From: Macrostomum lignano
Lineage: Eukaryota
Length of the DNA stretch: 64,000 nucleotides
Assembly (NCBI GenBank): GCA_002269645.1
Contig: NIVC01000698.1
Location: forward strand, 76,731 to 140,730
Reading direction: 5' to 3'
Within the stretch, counting starts at the first letter, position 1; each line of letters starts with the position of its first letter. The notes under the pieces are model-generated. The model saw only the letters and a program-made list of their open reading frames with translations, did not search any database and had not been told where the DNA came from. Made by a program: the position numbers and the translations under genes. Below are positions 13,231-26,400 of this stretch, piece after piece.

Positions 13231-13434
13231 TCAAAGAACTTCGCAAGACTTTTTCGGACTAAACGGATTATCCTTAGTCGGGTTGACTAGAGCGTCCTCA
13301 TTGGAATGGCTGGTGATGTACTGCACCAGCTCAGGAATGGTGATGGAGGCCCTGACCCGCTGCTGATGATAATGTCGCTTCAGGTCTGAGAGCTCGCGCT
13401 GAAGTCGGGCGATCTGCTCTTCCCGGTGTGGCAT
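13231..13434 (-). CDS. GNG: Heterotrimeric G-protein gamma subunit, 67 aa, single coding exon
   Basis: MPHREEQIARLQRELSDLKRHYHQQRVRASITIPELVQYITSHSNEDALVNPTKDNPFSPKKSCEVL. It has the GGL-domain pattern (RxxxS...DxL...NPF) and a C-terminal CaaX box, CEVL. Confidence 0.9.
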   Translation of the reverse strand: MPHREEQIARLQRELSDLKRHYHQQRVRASITIPELVQYITSHSNEDALVNPTKDNPFSPKKSCEVL

Positions 13435-15833
13435 CACTTTGCTTTGATAATTAATTGGCTCTACAATACAAGGTAACAATGATTTATGCTTTAAACTTGA
13501 GATAGGATAAGGTAGGATGGGATTCTAATCCCAATTCCAAAATCTCAGGAATTCAGTATCTTAAAATTTTAACAATCATATTTTGCTAGTGCTAAGCTAC
13601 AAGTATATTGAACATATTGAATATAGCTGTTTGAGACACAACTTTACATTATGAAAATCAATACAGTTGAGCATTCGCCTCAATGCATGCCATGCTATTT
13701 TTTATATCATAGCATATGTTATGACATATCAATAATAATTTAAAACTACTGGGATTCTTTCAACTTCAAGAAATCTGCAACATATGGTTCTAAGAGGTTT
13801 TAATAATATATAGGGTAGGTAGAGATGAGAGCTATTTATATTTAATTTTATTATGATTTTTTGACTGATGCCAATGAAAATCCCAGTTTTCAATTTGAAA
13901 TTCTGAATTTTGACCAAGGATGTCAATGGCACTGCCACTATGATTATAATACTTTGTATCCATACCAATGAGAGTTCAACACCTAAGCAAATTTGGTTGC
14001 AACTATCACCCAAAGCTATTCACTATTGATAGAACTTGGCTTTGTTCCAATGCTTGCTACAATTCAATGTAACGAACGAGCATGGCAGAATTAAAGATTG
14101 CCCTTATACTAGAAGCCGACTTGCTACTTGTTAAAAGCTAACAATTAAGCTCTTAGACAATGAAGAATGATGATAAAATGGTCCAAGTTGCAAGCTAAAT
14201 TAGATAAGCACTAAAATACTAGCCAAGCATAAGAAGGCTAAGGCAAGAATATGATTGGGAAAATGAAGATTTCTGAAAATAAGAATTTTCAATCTTATTC
14301 AATCTTATTTCAAGCAAAAATAAAACATTTTCCTAAGGCACAAAAGAAAGCACTTTAAGAAAAAAGCCATGGTTATAGTAGTCACTCCATGCTTATAGAT
14401 TTAAATAAATAGTAAAAACCTTGATTTGTTTGATTTTAACACATTTGATTAGTTTTAACAAAACTAATATCAACTTGATCAAATAATACTATTACTAGAA
14501 CTAGAATCAGTTTTGATTTTTTTTATAAACAATACAGTGAAGCTTTCTTGTAACTTATAATAAGATAGTAGGTTAAATAGTCTAATGGTAAATGTATACC
14601 CATTGAGAAATAATTGTTTCTTAACTATATCAAATGATACATGAAAAATAAATAGAAACAAATGAAAAAATATTTGTCACTTAGTAACAAAAATTTGCTT
14701 ACTTGACAATTATGGCATACCTAATTATAATATAATTTTAACTATTCCACAACTATGTCTTGTTCTTTTTGGTATAGTTATATGTTGATTAGCATAATTA
14801 TATCCTAATTGTGCCAACTATGTCAAAAGACAATTTAAGGAAAATTATAAATTTGTCAATTGAAATAGTAGTGTCAGTGGCATAGTTAGAAGAATTGTAG
14901 ATTTTGCTAAGACACTTATTTCCCTATGGGTATATGAAATCAGCTGTGTTGAAATACATTTTAAAATGGAAGGCTACTAGTAGGGGGCATATTGCATATG
15001 GTTTTTTAAACCTAAGCCTAAGGGCACCATAGGGGCCTAACTCTTATTATTATGTCAGTTTGTAACATTAGTTGTGACAACTAGGCCAATATTTAATTCT
15101 GTGTTGGAAGTGGCCAAAAGTTTGAAAAATGTTCAAATTTTTCAACTAATTCAAACATTGCGCAGTAGCACTACACTATCAATTTACAAGTATTTAATAA
15201 ATATCTCAAATGAATAAAAATTGCTAGGACAAGACCAGTAGTTTTCTAGATCTCTTGCCTACCTCCTGCTTGGCTGCTTGCCACTTGGCGCTATCTCTTT
15301 ATTCTTTTATCTAATAGTATTTTAGTGCTTTTAGTTGCAATATCCTGAAGGCCAAATGTTGGCTGGCCCTTGGGTCCAATTTAAATCTTCACAATAGCAA
15401 TCTAGCCTACTTAATGTTTGTGTCTCTTCTCAGCTCTCTTCCCTTACGTCTCTCTTATTATATTCTATTATCTTATCTTCTCCTTTCTTTTCTTCTCCTC
15501 TCCTCTCCTCTTATCTCCTCTCCTTTCTTATTAGCTCTTCTCCTCTTTTCTTGACTTCTCTTTACCTCTCTTTTCTTTTCATTTATCTCCCCTTTCCTCT
15601 TTTCTCTCCTATTTTATCCCTCTTCTTGTATACTTTTTTCTCTTTTATTCCTTTGTCTTTCCTTTATCCTATGCTTATATTTCTCTTATCTATTCCCTAT
15701 CTTTTCTCCCTGTAGCCTGCAGTCATCAAGGACTCCTAAGCGCACATTTTGCTTAAGGGGCTTAGCAAAGAGGATCCAGTAAGGCAGTCATGCCCTATTC
15801 TCAATCTGGCCCTTACTATATAGAATGATAGTT

Positions 15834-16406
15834 GGCAATTTTCCTTTTCCATTCATTAAATTATTTTTTCAATAGAAACGTATTGGTAACATTGTGAAAC
15901 ACTCAAAAATGATGTAACTGAACAGAACAGAACAGAATGAGTGTAGTGTTTACTGGTTGCACTTGAGCAGGGGGCACAATAAACGTTGGTGCAGCAGGGC
16001 ATCCAGCCATGTTGTTCAAGATACGATGATCCACACTCAGGAAGGTGTCACATGTGCACGGGAATATATTTCAGTGTATTTTTGGAGTGTGCGCTATGCG
16101 CGAAGCTAAAATATGAATTTGTGCACCGAGGTCTACATTCGTTTATTGACAATTACATAATAGAGTACTAATGCGCCCTAGCACTAAAAACTCAGTAAAA
16201 GTCCAATTAAAACAAAACTGCGCCATGTGCGCCACTTTGCGCACATTTTTTGTTGATGTGCGCCGGAATTTTCCATTATAATGTACACCTTCCTGAGTGT
16301 GGACGATGATCAGGCTGTTTAGTTACATCATTTTTGAGTGTTTCACAATGTTCCCAATACGTTTCCATTGAAAAAATAATTTAACGAACGGAAAAGGAAA
16401 ATTGCC
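15834..16406. mobile_element. Non-autonomous element with long (~92-bp) terminal inverted repeats
   Basis: Arms 15834-15925 and 16315-16406 differ at ~5 positions. A second, inner inverted pair lies at ~16030-16052 and ~16281-16302. No transposase ORF; exact ends and TSD are ambiguous. Confidence 0.75.
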
Positions 16407-16536
16407 TAATAGTTATATAGAAGAACTATTATATTAGCTGGTACCTTTAATGGCAATCTTTCGGTTTCCTGCTCTAAATTATTCAAACCCCTTTTTGAAC
16501 TCCCTAAGTTCTACATAGGATAGCGAGTCCCGTGAG

Positions 16537-17989
16537 TAGGGGGCGACCCAGTCCCGGGCCCGGGCCCGAAAAGTCGGGAATCCCGACCAAAATCGTGGCC
16601 CGACCCGGGCCCGGGCCCGACCCTAAAAAAGTCGGGAAATCGGGACAAGTCTTTTTTCCCTAAAGGCACTAACTGCGTGCAAATAAGAATAAAATTATTT
16701 TTATTCACAGCACAGCACAACACTCAGTTAAGCATTGCATCAGCACTCAAGACTCAAGCACTGCACGACTGCAGTAATAGTAATAGATGATATGATGTGA
16801 AGTAGCAATATCATTGATTCGTAGTAGGCTCTAAGCGTGAGCGTCTGTGACCGTGAGCGTCAGCCACAGCCAGTTTCCACTTTCCAGGAAGATCGGATTT
16901 TTTCCAGGAAGATAAAATTAAAACATAGTTGATGCAATATTGATTCCACTTTACACGCTGCAGGCTGCAGGCTAAAAGCAAAAATATGATTCTTTAAAAA
17001 GTTGATTTGTCATTTTTAAGCTTTTGTAAATAACATTTCCTATTTACGTTCCAAGAAGTACTTATTAAGGGCCAAGGCTACCATTTTTCCAAGAAGTTTG
17101 CTATCTATCAGAGTTTGTAATCGTGTTCATATTTGTATTGTATTCGTAGGTAGTTGTAGTTGTAGACTCAGTATCGTATTCGTAATCATATTCGTTTAGG
17201 TAGGTAGGTGAGCAGGTAGGCAGGTATCAGCTAATTACTTGTATTTCCATTGTCTGTTTGCCTGTTCTGTTGAGACAGTTGAGTGTTGTGTTGTGTTGTC
17301 ACTTCACTTGTGTTCTGTTCTGTTGTCTTGTCTTGTTGTCTTACTGAATACTGACTGTGTACATGGCTCTTTATATTGAAGCTATGTAAAGGAACTAAAA
17401 ATTCAAATAAAAGAATCAATCAATTGATTTGGTTCTTACTTCCTTACTGCTTCCAATGCCAAGTGCCTTACACTTAATGCTTCAGCTTTTCTTCTTTTTG
17501 CTTACTGCCACTGCCAGTGCCAGCCGCACTACCGCAGTGCCTGCTTGCCTACCTCACTGCCTGTTAAGTGTTAGTGTCACTGTCACTGGCACACACACAG
17601 TACTTGTGCCACACAGTGACATTGAATTTGAACTATTGAGTATATTGATATTTGAGTATTAAGTCTTTTAATGTAACTCTTATCTATTCTGAAGTCTTAA
17701 CTAATGTATTAAATAAAAATAATATTTATTATATATTTAATATAATATATTATATTTATATATTATTATATATTTAATATATTATATTAGATTTAATATA
17801 TTAATATATTTATTATATATTTAATAGTAATCCGCATATGCTAAAAGTATTAAGATTTATTATGATTTTTTTCCAATTATTGAGCTGTCCTAAAGATCTT
17901 GTCCCGAATTCCCGAGGCCCGACCCGGGCCCGATTCCTCATTCCCAGGCCCGACCCGGGCCCGACTTTGGCTGTCCCGGTCGCCCCCTA
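16537..17989. mobile_element. Non-autonomous hAT-type DNA transposon, 1453 bp
   Basis: TIR TAGGGGGCGACC...GGTCGCCCCCTA. Perfect 8-bp TSD CCCGTGAG at 16529-16536 and 17990-17997. Clustered subterminal CCCGGGCCCG motifs. Confidence 0.92.
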
Positions 17990-20900
17990 CCCGTGAGCTA
18001 TATACAAGGTAGGAAAAATTGAAAAAATGTAAAAAAGTATCAACTTTAAAAATGAATAAAATAAAAACTATAAACAGAATAAAGAAGCCACAATATAAAC
18101 TAAAAAGCTGATGAATGCTAATTTCTGGTGAGTGTCTGACTGTTTAAATTGTGCAAGTATGAAAAAAGTTACACTTGTTCAAACTTTATACATTTTGTAC
18201 TTAATTTATAAAATGAAGCCGCCGAAAAATGGGAAAAACATATGCTTCTTCTAGAAAATTGAAAATCATTGCAAAATTAAAGGACTATAACACAAGGTAG
18301 TGAACACAATATAATATAAACATATTTGGCTATAAAAAATTATTTAATTATTATTATATATAGCTGAATTATATATTGTATATTATATATTATATAGCTG
18401 AATTAGTAGTAACCTCATGCGTACATGTACATAATGTTCAGTATTTCACGACTCCTACGGCACAGAGTTACAAACATATTTTACTACTAAAATTAAAAGA
18501 TTAAAATTGAACTGCTCAACAATTATTTTATGATCTGACCTGCAAACTTCCAACTTGTTCACATCAAATTATACTGATTCGTATTCGTGTACATATAATA
18601 ATAATACACAGTATTCGATTTTATACCAATTAGCTTGTGCCAGCGCGGTTCGAATTGAAGTCAGACAATCACACTAATATGCATTATGCATTTATCGCCA
18701 CCAATACTCGGGCTTGGCTTTTGCTAGTAACATTTTAAAGAATAAAGATCAACCCTGTCGTAATGAAATTCCATGGTTAGCTAGCATCTCTACCCATAGT
18801 GTCCAGCCCAGCAGAAAATCTGCACAAAGACATTGCTCAACTAACTGTTTGTGCCTCATGACAGCATGAGGGGGTTAATAGCTGTTGCGGAGTATACGAG
18901 CGATACATGATAATAAACTTGCTATATCGAATGAACCGCACACAATGAATAAAACATTTTACTGCTCAAGAATGTATCGTACGTAAGAGTATGTCAGACT
19001 ATCGGAATCCAGTACATGTACTCGCTTTAAACGCATTTGGTTACCTCGGAAAGGCTCTTTCTTAATTCCTACCGAAAGGATCGATGGATATCTTTACGGC
19101 CTTGGCGACCTTGAAAGATTTCTGCTCTTTAAAGAAATATAAGCGGGAAGATGCGATAGTTTATTCAGCACCAGTATCAAACGATTTACTTCAAGTGTCT
19201 CAATTGCCGCGCGTGTATTGTTATTATAGTTAATTAAACATTTTTGATAGATTTTGATTCCAGTCTCAAAAAACAAAATAATTTTTGGTTTTCATTTTCA
19301 AGACACAAAGTTGTAAGAGCGTGCCGTGGGGGTCGGTGATACAGTTACACGTAAGATGCGGATTAAAAGACAAAATTACCAGAGTTTAAAACTACAAAAA
19401 CTGAGGAAAAACGCAATGATATAGTAGTGTGTGCTAGTATAGCACAGCGTAACATGTACGATCTTGGGCTCGGCAAGCCCCAAAGCCAATGCGCCAATGC
19501 GTAAATTTATAATTAATAATATAACGAATTAACCAGTTAAACCAGGCGTCACCAAAACGGGGGTTTTAATGAGACGAGCGCCGCACTGCTTAAATCAAAT
19601 TTGTTTATTGATCAGGCGATTCGCATTCATAGAAAAAAATGCAAACTTGTTTGATATGCCGATCGACAAAAGAAACATGCAAGCCCTCTTTGCCTGGATA
19701 TAGTAAAAGGTAGATTATACCGGTGCCAATTGGTGAACTAGATAGTGGACTCATTGCATCGGCTGTTATAAACTCATACAGCTTTGTTATTTTATTGTTC
19801 CCTGCAACTATATTTTGGCTGTCAACTATGCAACAACAAAAACCGATTGCTAGCAATCTGCTATTTTGCACACCCGGCAAAATCTGTCAGGCTCCCAAAG
19901 CGGCTCAGTGATAAAAAAATGATAGTGCGGCGTACAGACTAAAGCTACAACAAGGATCACAAATAGTAATTGCTTTTTGTTTGTCAAGCATGCGCAGTTT
20001 TTTTAGTGCCGGTTTTGCTTGCTCAATAACAATTAGTAATAATAACACATATGATGCGCAGTGTGGGGTCATTAAACACAAAAAACACAATTAATTACGA
20101 GTACAACAAGGAGTTACGCAGAAATAGGGTGGCACATATTCGCAGAAGAAGTCACAAAAATGTTTTTATGCGTGCGGGAGTGACAAACTTGAAAAGGAGA
20201 ATTTTTAGTTTGTCAATAATTATTGTCAGTTAAAGGCCGAGCACGTGACGCATTATGAACTATGAGAATTATGATGCGCTAAATCTAGAACAAATGACAA
20301 AACAACAGGCATGTGTAGATTATAAGCAGTGATTAATCAGAGTAAAAATGTTAATCTATCCCGCCACCCGATTACAGAGGGGCGGCAGTTGAACCCGCCA
20401 ATTAAATTAGAAGCCGCCCCCCCCCACCCCAAAGAGAAGAGAGAACTGAAAGCAGAACAGGGACTCCAATAAAATTAATTCAAGATATGAATCTGAAAAA
20501 TTAGCGTAAAATATATGCCAGTTACTGACCATATAATTGACGAGGTCATGAAAAAATTTATTCAGGATGCAAAACTACAACAGAACAGACGAACAGAAGT
20601 TAGTATTATATAACAGTAGTAAATGGCAGCAATCCGATCTGTCGAAAAAAAGATAATCCTGCTTTGTTTAAACTCGCCAGAAAAACGCAGATCTCTACAA
20701 CCAATAGATTTTCGATATAAAATATTCATATAATGATAACAATCAGAAAAGATTTAATTTGACCAATCCATGCGATTCAAGAATATGACTGGCGACAGGG
20801 ACTAACAGGGGGACTACGAAGTCAAGCAATGATTGAGCAATGATAATGAGAGAGAGCGAGAGCGAAAATTAACGACAGACCAAAGAGAATTAGGTCATTT

Positions 20901-23441
20901 TTTAAATTAGAAATTATTTAATAAAAGTAGATCAGAGCAATTTTATTCTAGACAGAAAAAGGCACAGAAGTAAAATCGCGAAGAGAATAGAGCTGGCTGA
21001 TTATTGCTGCGCGCATCTGATGTACCATTCAAATCTATTTATTAACCGTTCAACACGCAAGTGTGTGATTTAGTCAGTAGTATAAGTCGAGGTTAAACTA
21101 TTTAAAGTTATTCGGCGCCAGAAGCAGCTGTGCGTGAACTAAACTGAACGAACGCTGACTGTGAAAAATTGTGCTGATCTGTTAAATTTTCAACCCCAAC
21201 TCCGCCTTGGCCGCCTACAGTCAGCAAAAGTTATTTTGCCCCTCGCTATCGCGGCACTGCAAAGCGCGAGCACTGAGCAGCAGAGAACGTGCGCTGGCTG
21301 GGGGTAAAATGCAACTGGCGCTGCTTGGGGGGGGGGGTTCTAAAAAACGCGCAAAGCCAAGGCTTCTCAGTCACTTGAGAGTGAGAGAGCAAGGAGGGGG
21401 TTGGCCATGCATGAGGGGAGCCGCGGTGTGCCAGGCTGCAGATAAGAAATCGCCTGGCTTTGACTTTAAGGCGGAGGAAGGGGCGGGCCGGTTTCAGCTG
21501 ACTCTGCCTGGCTACTGAATACAAGTTGAAGTCAAATAAGGTAGACAAGAAATCGCCCCCCGCCAGTGGGTTGCTAAAGGACTTAACACTGCTAGCTGCC
21601 TAGACTGGGCTGGAGAGCGAAACTGCCAAGTCATATTCGCTAAGCGCCTTTATTGTCTAAATTCGACTGTTAGAGAAGCCTGCGCCTCCCAACAAATGCT
21701 AGAATAAAAGCTCCAGACTTTTCAGGGGAGCGGGGCTGGGGCCGGGAGGGAGACAGAGAGACAGCTGAGCAGGATCGATAGCAACTCGCCCCAGCTGGAA
21801 TCCTAACAGACAGCGGACATGACGGGAGGCCGGGCACACTGTACAGCTGTTGTGCCGGCAGCGCAGCCACCTAGATCAACAGAAACAAAACCGCACGAGG
21901 GGCAAGAAAAAATGCCCCATGACTATAGAGCAGAGCTGGCTAGCGCCAATATCCGGAGTGCGCCTTAAACAGCGCTACTGTTATTTGCATGGGATTTAAC
22001 TCCGCTATAGAACTAGTGCAGCTCAGCAACTATTGTAGGCATTATTACATTCTAATTCTGTAAAAGTTAGCTTCCGCCCGCCCTTCAATTTGCTACCAGT
22101 TTCATTCCCCAGCTAACTAAAGCTGAATATCTCCCCAGGCTCGGGCATTGTTCATCGCCCGCCCACCTTCTCTCGCGCGTGCACTGCAGCCTTTCTAGAC
22201 AAGTGCCTCAGCCAGCCCTAGCAGCTAGTTGAATGAAGCAAAACCCGAACAGGCAGATGCGCGGGAGATGAGGCAAATTTTCAGACGGGGAGCTGAAAGG
22301 GGAGAGGGAAGCGTCAGTGTACTGCCTGAAGAACAATGGGCAACTCATTTCATTCTCTTCCCATCGCAACAGAGACAGGGAGCTTGTACAGGATGCGGCA
22401 TACGGAGAAAAGGTCGCCTCAAAGCCCTGGGAATTCTCTCCCTACTACCCATCCCACCCACCTCCCCATCGTATGTTTTGATAGCCGTAGCTAAGACAGT
22501 GGCAAGGGCAACAATGAGAAAACAGTGACATTTTCAAGCCCCTAGGCGGCGGCGATAAAAAAACAACACTAAAAAAACCCTATCAACGAAATTCCTCTCC
22601 CAGCAGATTAGGCCACCTAATCTACATATTTTGAAGAATTCCAACACAACTAACTAAAGAAAGCCTGACGAGCAATAGAGAGAAATAAATGGGTGGACAA
22701 TAGAGTTGAGAATAGAGAAAGAAGTGTGCATGCCGCACGGGGGCGCAGCAGCGCAGTCGCATGACGCACAAGGCCAAGGCCTGCAACTAGATAACTATTA
22801 GGAAATTTGCTAGTCACGCTGCGAACTGCAATGGCAAGAAAAACAGCCGGCTCTGGCTTTGCAGCTGGCTTGTGTTGCACACAGCTAATCTAAAACTTGC
22901 ATATAGCATAGGCGCCACGTGCGTTCTACACACCTCACCCTGTCCCTACAGGAGCAGCTTTAGAGGCGCAGTGTACGCTGAGCAGTTCTGTTTCCATTTA
23001 CGGCAATCCATAAAGCCAGTGCACAATGCTGCATGCTACAGTATATATAGTATTATTAATAATTCTTTTATAATAATAAAATCATCTAACAATGAGCGCA
23101 GATATTGGCTAAGACAACAGAATGCAACATGTTCTATTTCTTCAATTGTTGTTTGCTGTTTTGCTGGATGGAAACAAAATTGGGCATAAAGAGGGAAAAC
23201 CAAAACGATTTTGAAGGGTTGAAAATTTGTATGAAGGAAAATTAGATGAGAAGCATTTTCATAAGTAATGAAGTTGAGTCGTATCACACTGTAAATAATG
23301 AGTCTGTGTTTACTGAATTTTTTGTCTTAATTTTCAAGTGCAAATCATTATTTAACCGCCACCCAGCGAAGCGAGAAAAAACAATTGTTATTCTAGGTTT
23401 GCCTTCCAGTTATTAGTGCTTGATATAATAATTAATTATGA

Positions 23442-26400
23442 TTACTTGGTCCGAGACCAGGCGGACGGCTTGGCGGTGCCGTTGCCGCTGGCTGGCGGCG
23501 GGGCCGGGCCGCCGTTGCCGCCGCCAATGGACGGGAAATGCTCGCTAGAGGCCAGCTGCTGCTGGTCCCAAGGAGCGTCGCGAACAACAAATCCCGGCCC
23601 GCTGCCGCCATGCTGCTGCTGCTTCTTGCCCTGCTTCTGCGGCTGCTGCTGCTGCTGCTGCTGCTGGGCCTGGGCTGGCTGCTCGGCCTGCTCGCTGACG
23701 GCGTCCGGACGGAGCGAGCGCGGGTCCAGCTCGCCGCGCTCGATCATCCTGTCAATCACTTCGCCGGCCAGGTCAAGCAGGTGATCGCAGGCGTTGTCAA
23801 CATCGGCCTGGGCGCCGCGAACAACAACGGTGTTCTGCGCGTCTGACGGCGCGTTCCGGCCGGGCATGTCGATAGCGACGTCGAATTTCTCCACCAGGGA
23901 GCGCAGATTCTTGCCGCGCTGGCCTAGTTGGATAAATAACAGCAGATGGCGAGGATTAATAGCACGGTAATCTGCAGTAAGCAGCTGCGTAGGCGTAACA
24001 GTAGGAAAAGCTGCTGGCGCCTTATACTCCAGCTAAAGCAGTTCAGGACCAGGGGATTAGGGATCTAAATATAGTAGGAGCCGAGGGATCAACGGGCCAG
24101 ATTAGCCAAGTCGTGCGTCACTTGAAACAGCACGAAAAAAGAACTTATGCACTCACCAATAATGATTGGGTGCACCTGGTGCGTGATGAACAGTTCGGCC
24201 GACACCTGGTTCTCCAGCTTGTCCTTAATGGCCATCAGCTCTTTAGCGGCGGCCTCGGCCTTGTCCTGATAGCCGATTACAACAATTTCGTTAGAGTTTT
24301 TGTCCGGATTCGGTATGTTGACGCGAACTTCGTACTTCTGCTGCAGGGCGCGCACGTTGGCACCCTTGGGCCCGATGATTTCGCGATGATACTGGGCCGG
24401 TATGTCCAGCTTGCATTCGAAGCTGCGAGCCTCCTGGTCGGCTTTCTCGGCCTCCAATTCCTTCAGGCGCTCCTGTAGACGGATTTTGGCAGCTTCCACG
24501 CGTTTCGGAGTACCGTTGAGCACGATGTGCTCAGCCTTGCTCGGGATAGTGATGGCCATGTTCAGCTCGTTAGTCAGGCGCCGGATGCCTTCGCCGTTGC
24601 GGCCGATCAGCTGGCCGTGAAACTCGGACGGGAAGTCCAGCTGCTCCTCGATTGGCACCAGGTCTAGCAGGGCCTGGCGGGCCTTGTCGCACTGCTCCTG
24701 ACGGCCGCTGATGGACACCAGATCCGCCTTGGACGGCGTGGCATCGCCGGAGCCCTCCGGATTGCTGCTGGTCTCCGAGCCGCTGGCTGCGGCGTTTTCG
24801 CCGCCACCGTTGGCCGTGACTTCAGCGGCTGCAGGGGCGGCGTTGGCGTCGCTAGGCTGCGACTGCTGTCTGTTGAACTCGGGGAATTTGATGCTCACGT
24901 CGAATTGGTCGCAGATGTCGCGCACATTGTCGCCGGAGCGGCCAATCACGCTGCGGTGATGAATGGCCGGGATGGCCACCTCGATGGTGACGCGGGCGGC
25001 CAGATCGTCAACAATCTCGCGGATGCGGGCGATGGCGCCCTGGACGCAGTCTTTCGGTCCCTTGACAACAACCCGGGAACTGCCCGGCTCACGCGGGAAG
25101 CTCAACTGAACGCCGCCAAAGTCCTGACTAATCTGGGTGATGTAGAAACCGCGGCGCTCCATGAAAGCCTTGTGCCAGCGGGGATCAACCTCGACAGATT
25201 CCTCGGTGGTGTTCTCCAGGTCCTTCACCTAGTTGGAGAAAGCAAAGTACATTAGTTATTAGGTCTACCGAGGGAGATTCAGAGAGAATCACAAAATTCA
25301 AAATAATAATAATAATAATTATAATATAGTAATAATTGATTACACTTGCCCTAATGGGCAGATGTGCAACCGACAGCTCAGCCGCAGCTATTGCGCGGCG
25401 CATCTGAAGGCTGCGTTCGGCTGTTCAGTCCAAGGACTGGGGGGGGGGGTCGCCACACACCTTCAATTACCCCAGCTAATGCTGGCACCCATTTTACAGC
25501 TGGGGTGAACTGAAGCAATGCAGAGTCAAGTGTCTTGCTCAAGGACACAAATTGTTCCAGTAGGATCGGGAATCGAACCCCCGACTTTTCAGTCGTGAGT
25601 CCGAGGCTCTAAGCACTAGGCTACAACCCCCTGCTAGGCTACATCCCCTAGCTCTCTATAATTCTCTATAAAATATAATCCATCTACTGTGTTTTATACC
25701 CTTAAGAATGGAAGATACTAAAAACAATTTCAATACATCCAACTCGCAATTAGACAAAAAAATGATGGGCCAACCTGTTTCTCGAGCATCTCCTTGGCCT
25801 TAGCAACGGCCTCCTTGCGCCCAATAATGGTGATAATATCGCCGCCCTCTTTGCCGCGCTCGTCCAAGCTAGGGAACACTAGCCTGGCGCCAGTGGCCTT
25901 GCGCAGCTGCTCAGCATTCTGGCCCTGCCGGCCGATGAGGAACGGGTGGAACTCGGGCTTGGCGTGAATCACAGCCTCCTGACTGTCTTCCAATCGCTCC
26001 TCGGCCAGCTGCTGCAGAGCGGCCTTGGCTTTCTTCACCTCGGTTTTGGGGCCGCGCACGGTGACGCGATCGGATGGCTGAGAGGCCGGCGGGAAGTGCA
26101 CGCGTACGCCGCTGTGCTGGTCCTGCAGCTGGCGGATCAGCTTGCCACCGTGGCCGATCAGGCCCTGGTGCAGGCGGGCCGGAATCTCCACGACCTGCGT
26201 AGTGTCACACATGTGATTTATTACTGTGGGTGCAATTTATAGGGGGCGTAGGGGAAATAGGGGAGATTTCCAAAAGGGATGGGGAGATTCTTAAGGGGGA
26301 TGGGAGAGATTCTTTAAGGGGATGGGGAGATTCTTCAAGGGGATGGGGAGATTCTTAAAGGGGATGGGGAGATTCTTAAAGGGGATGGGGAGATTCTTTA

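Noticed and set aside
13850-14280. Possible decayed ORF in the AT-rich block upstream of G-gamma
   Set aside because: Stop density is about what random AT-rich sequence gives, and no motif was recognised.
24720-24880. Low-complexity Ala/Gly/Ser insert in vigilin as a novelty
   Set aside because: Vigilins of other animals have a variable low-complexity loop at the equivalent KH position.
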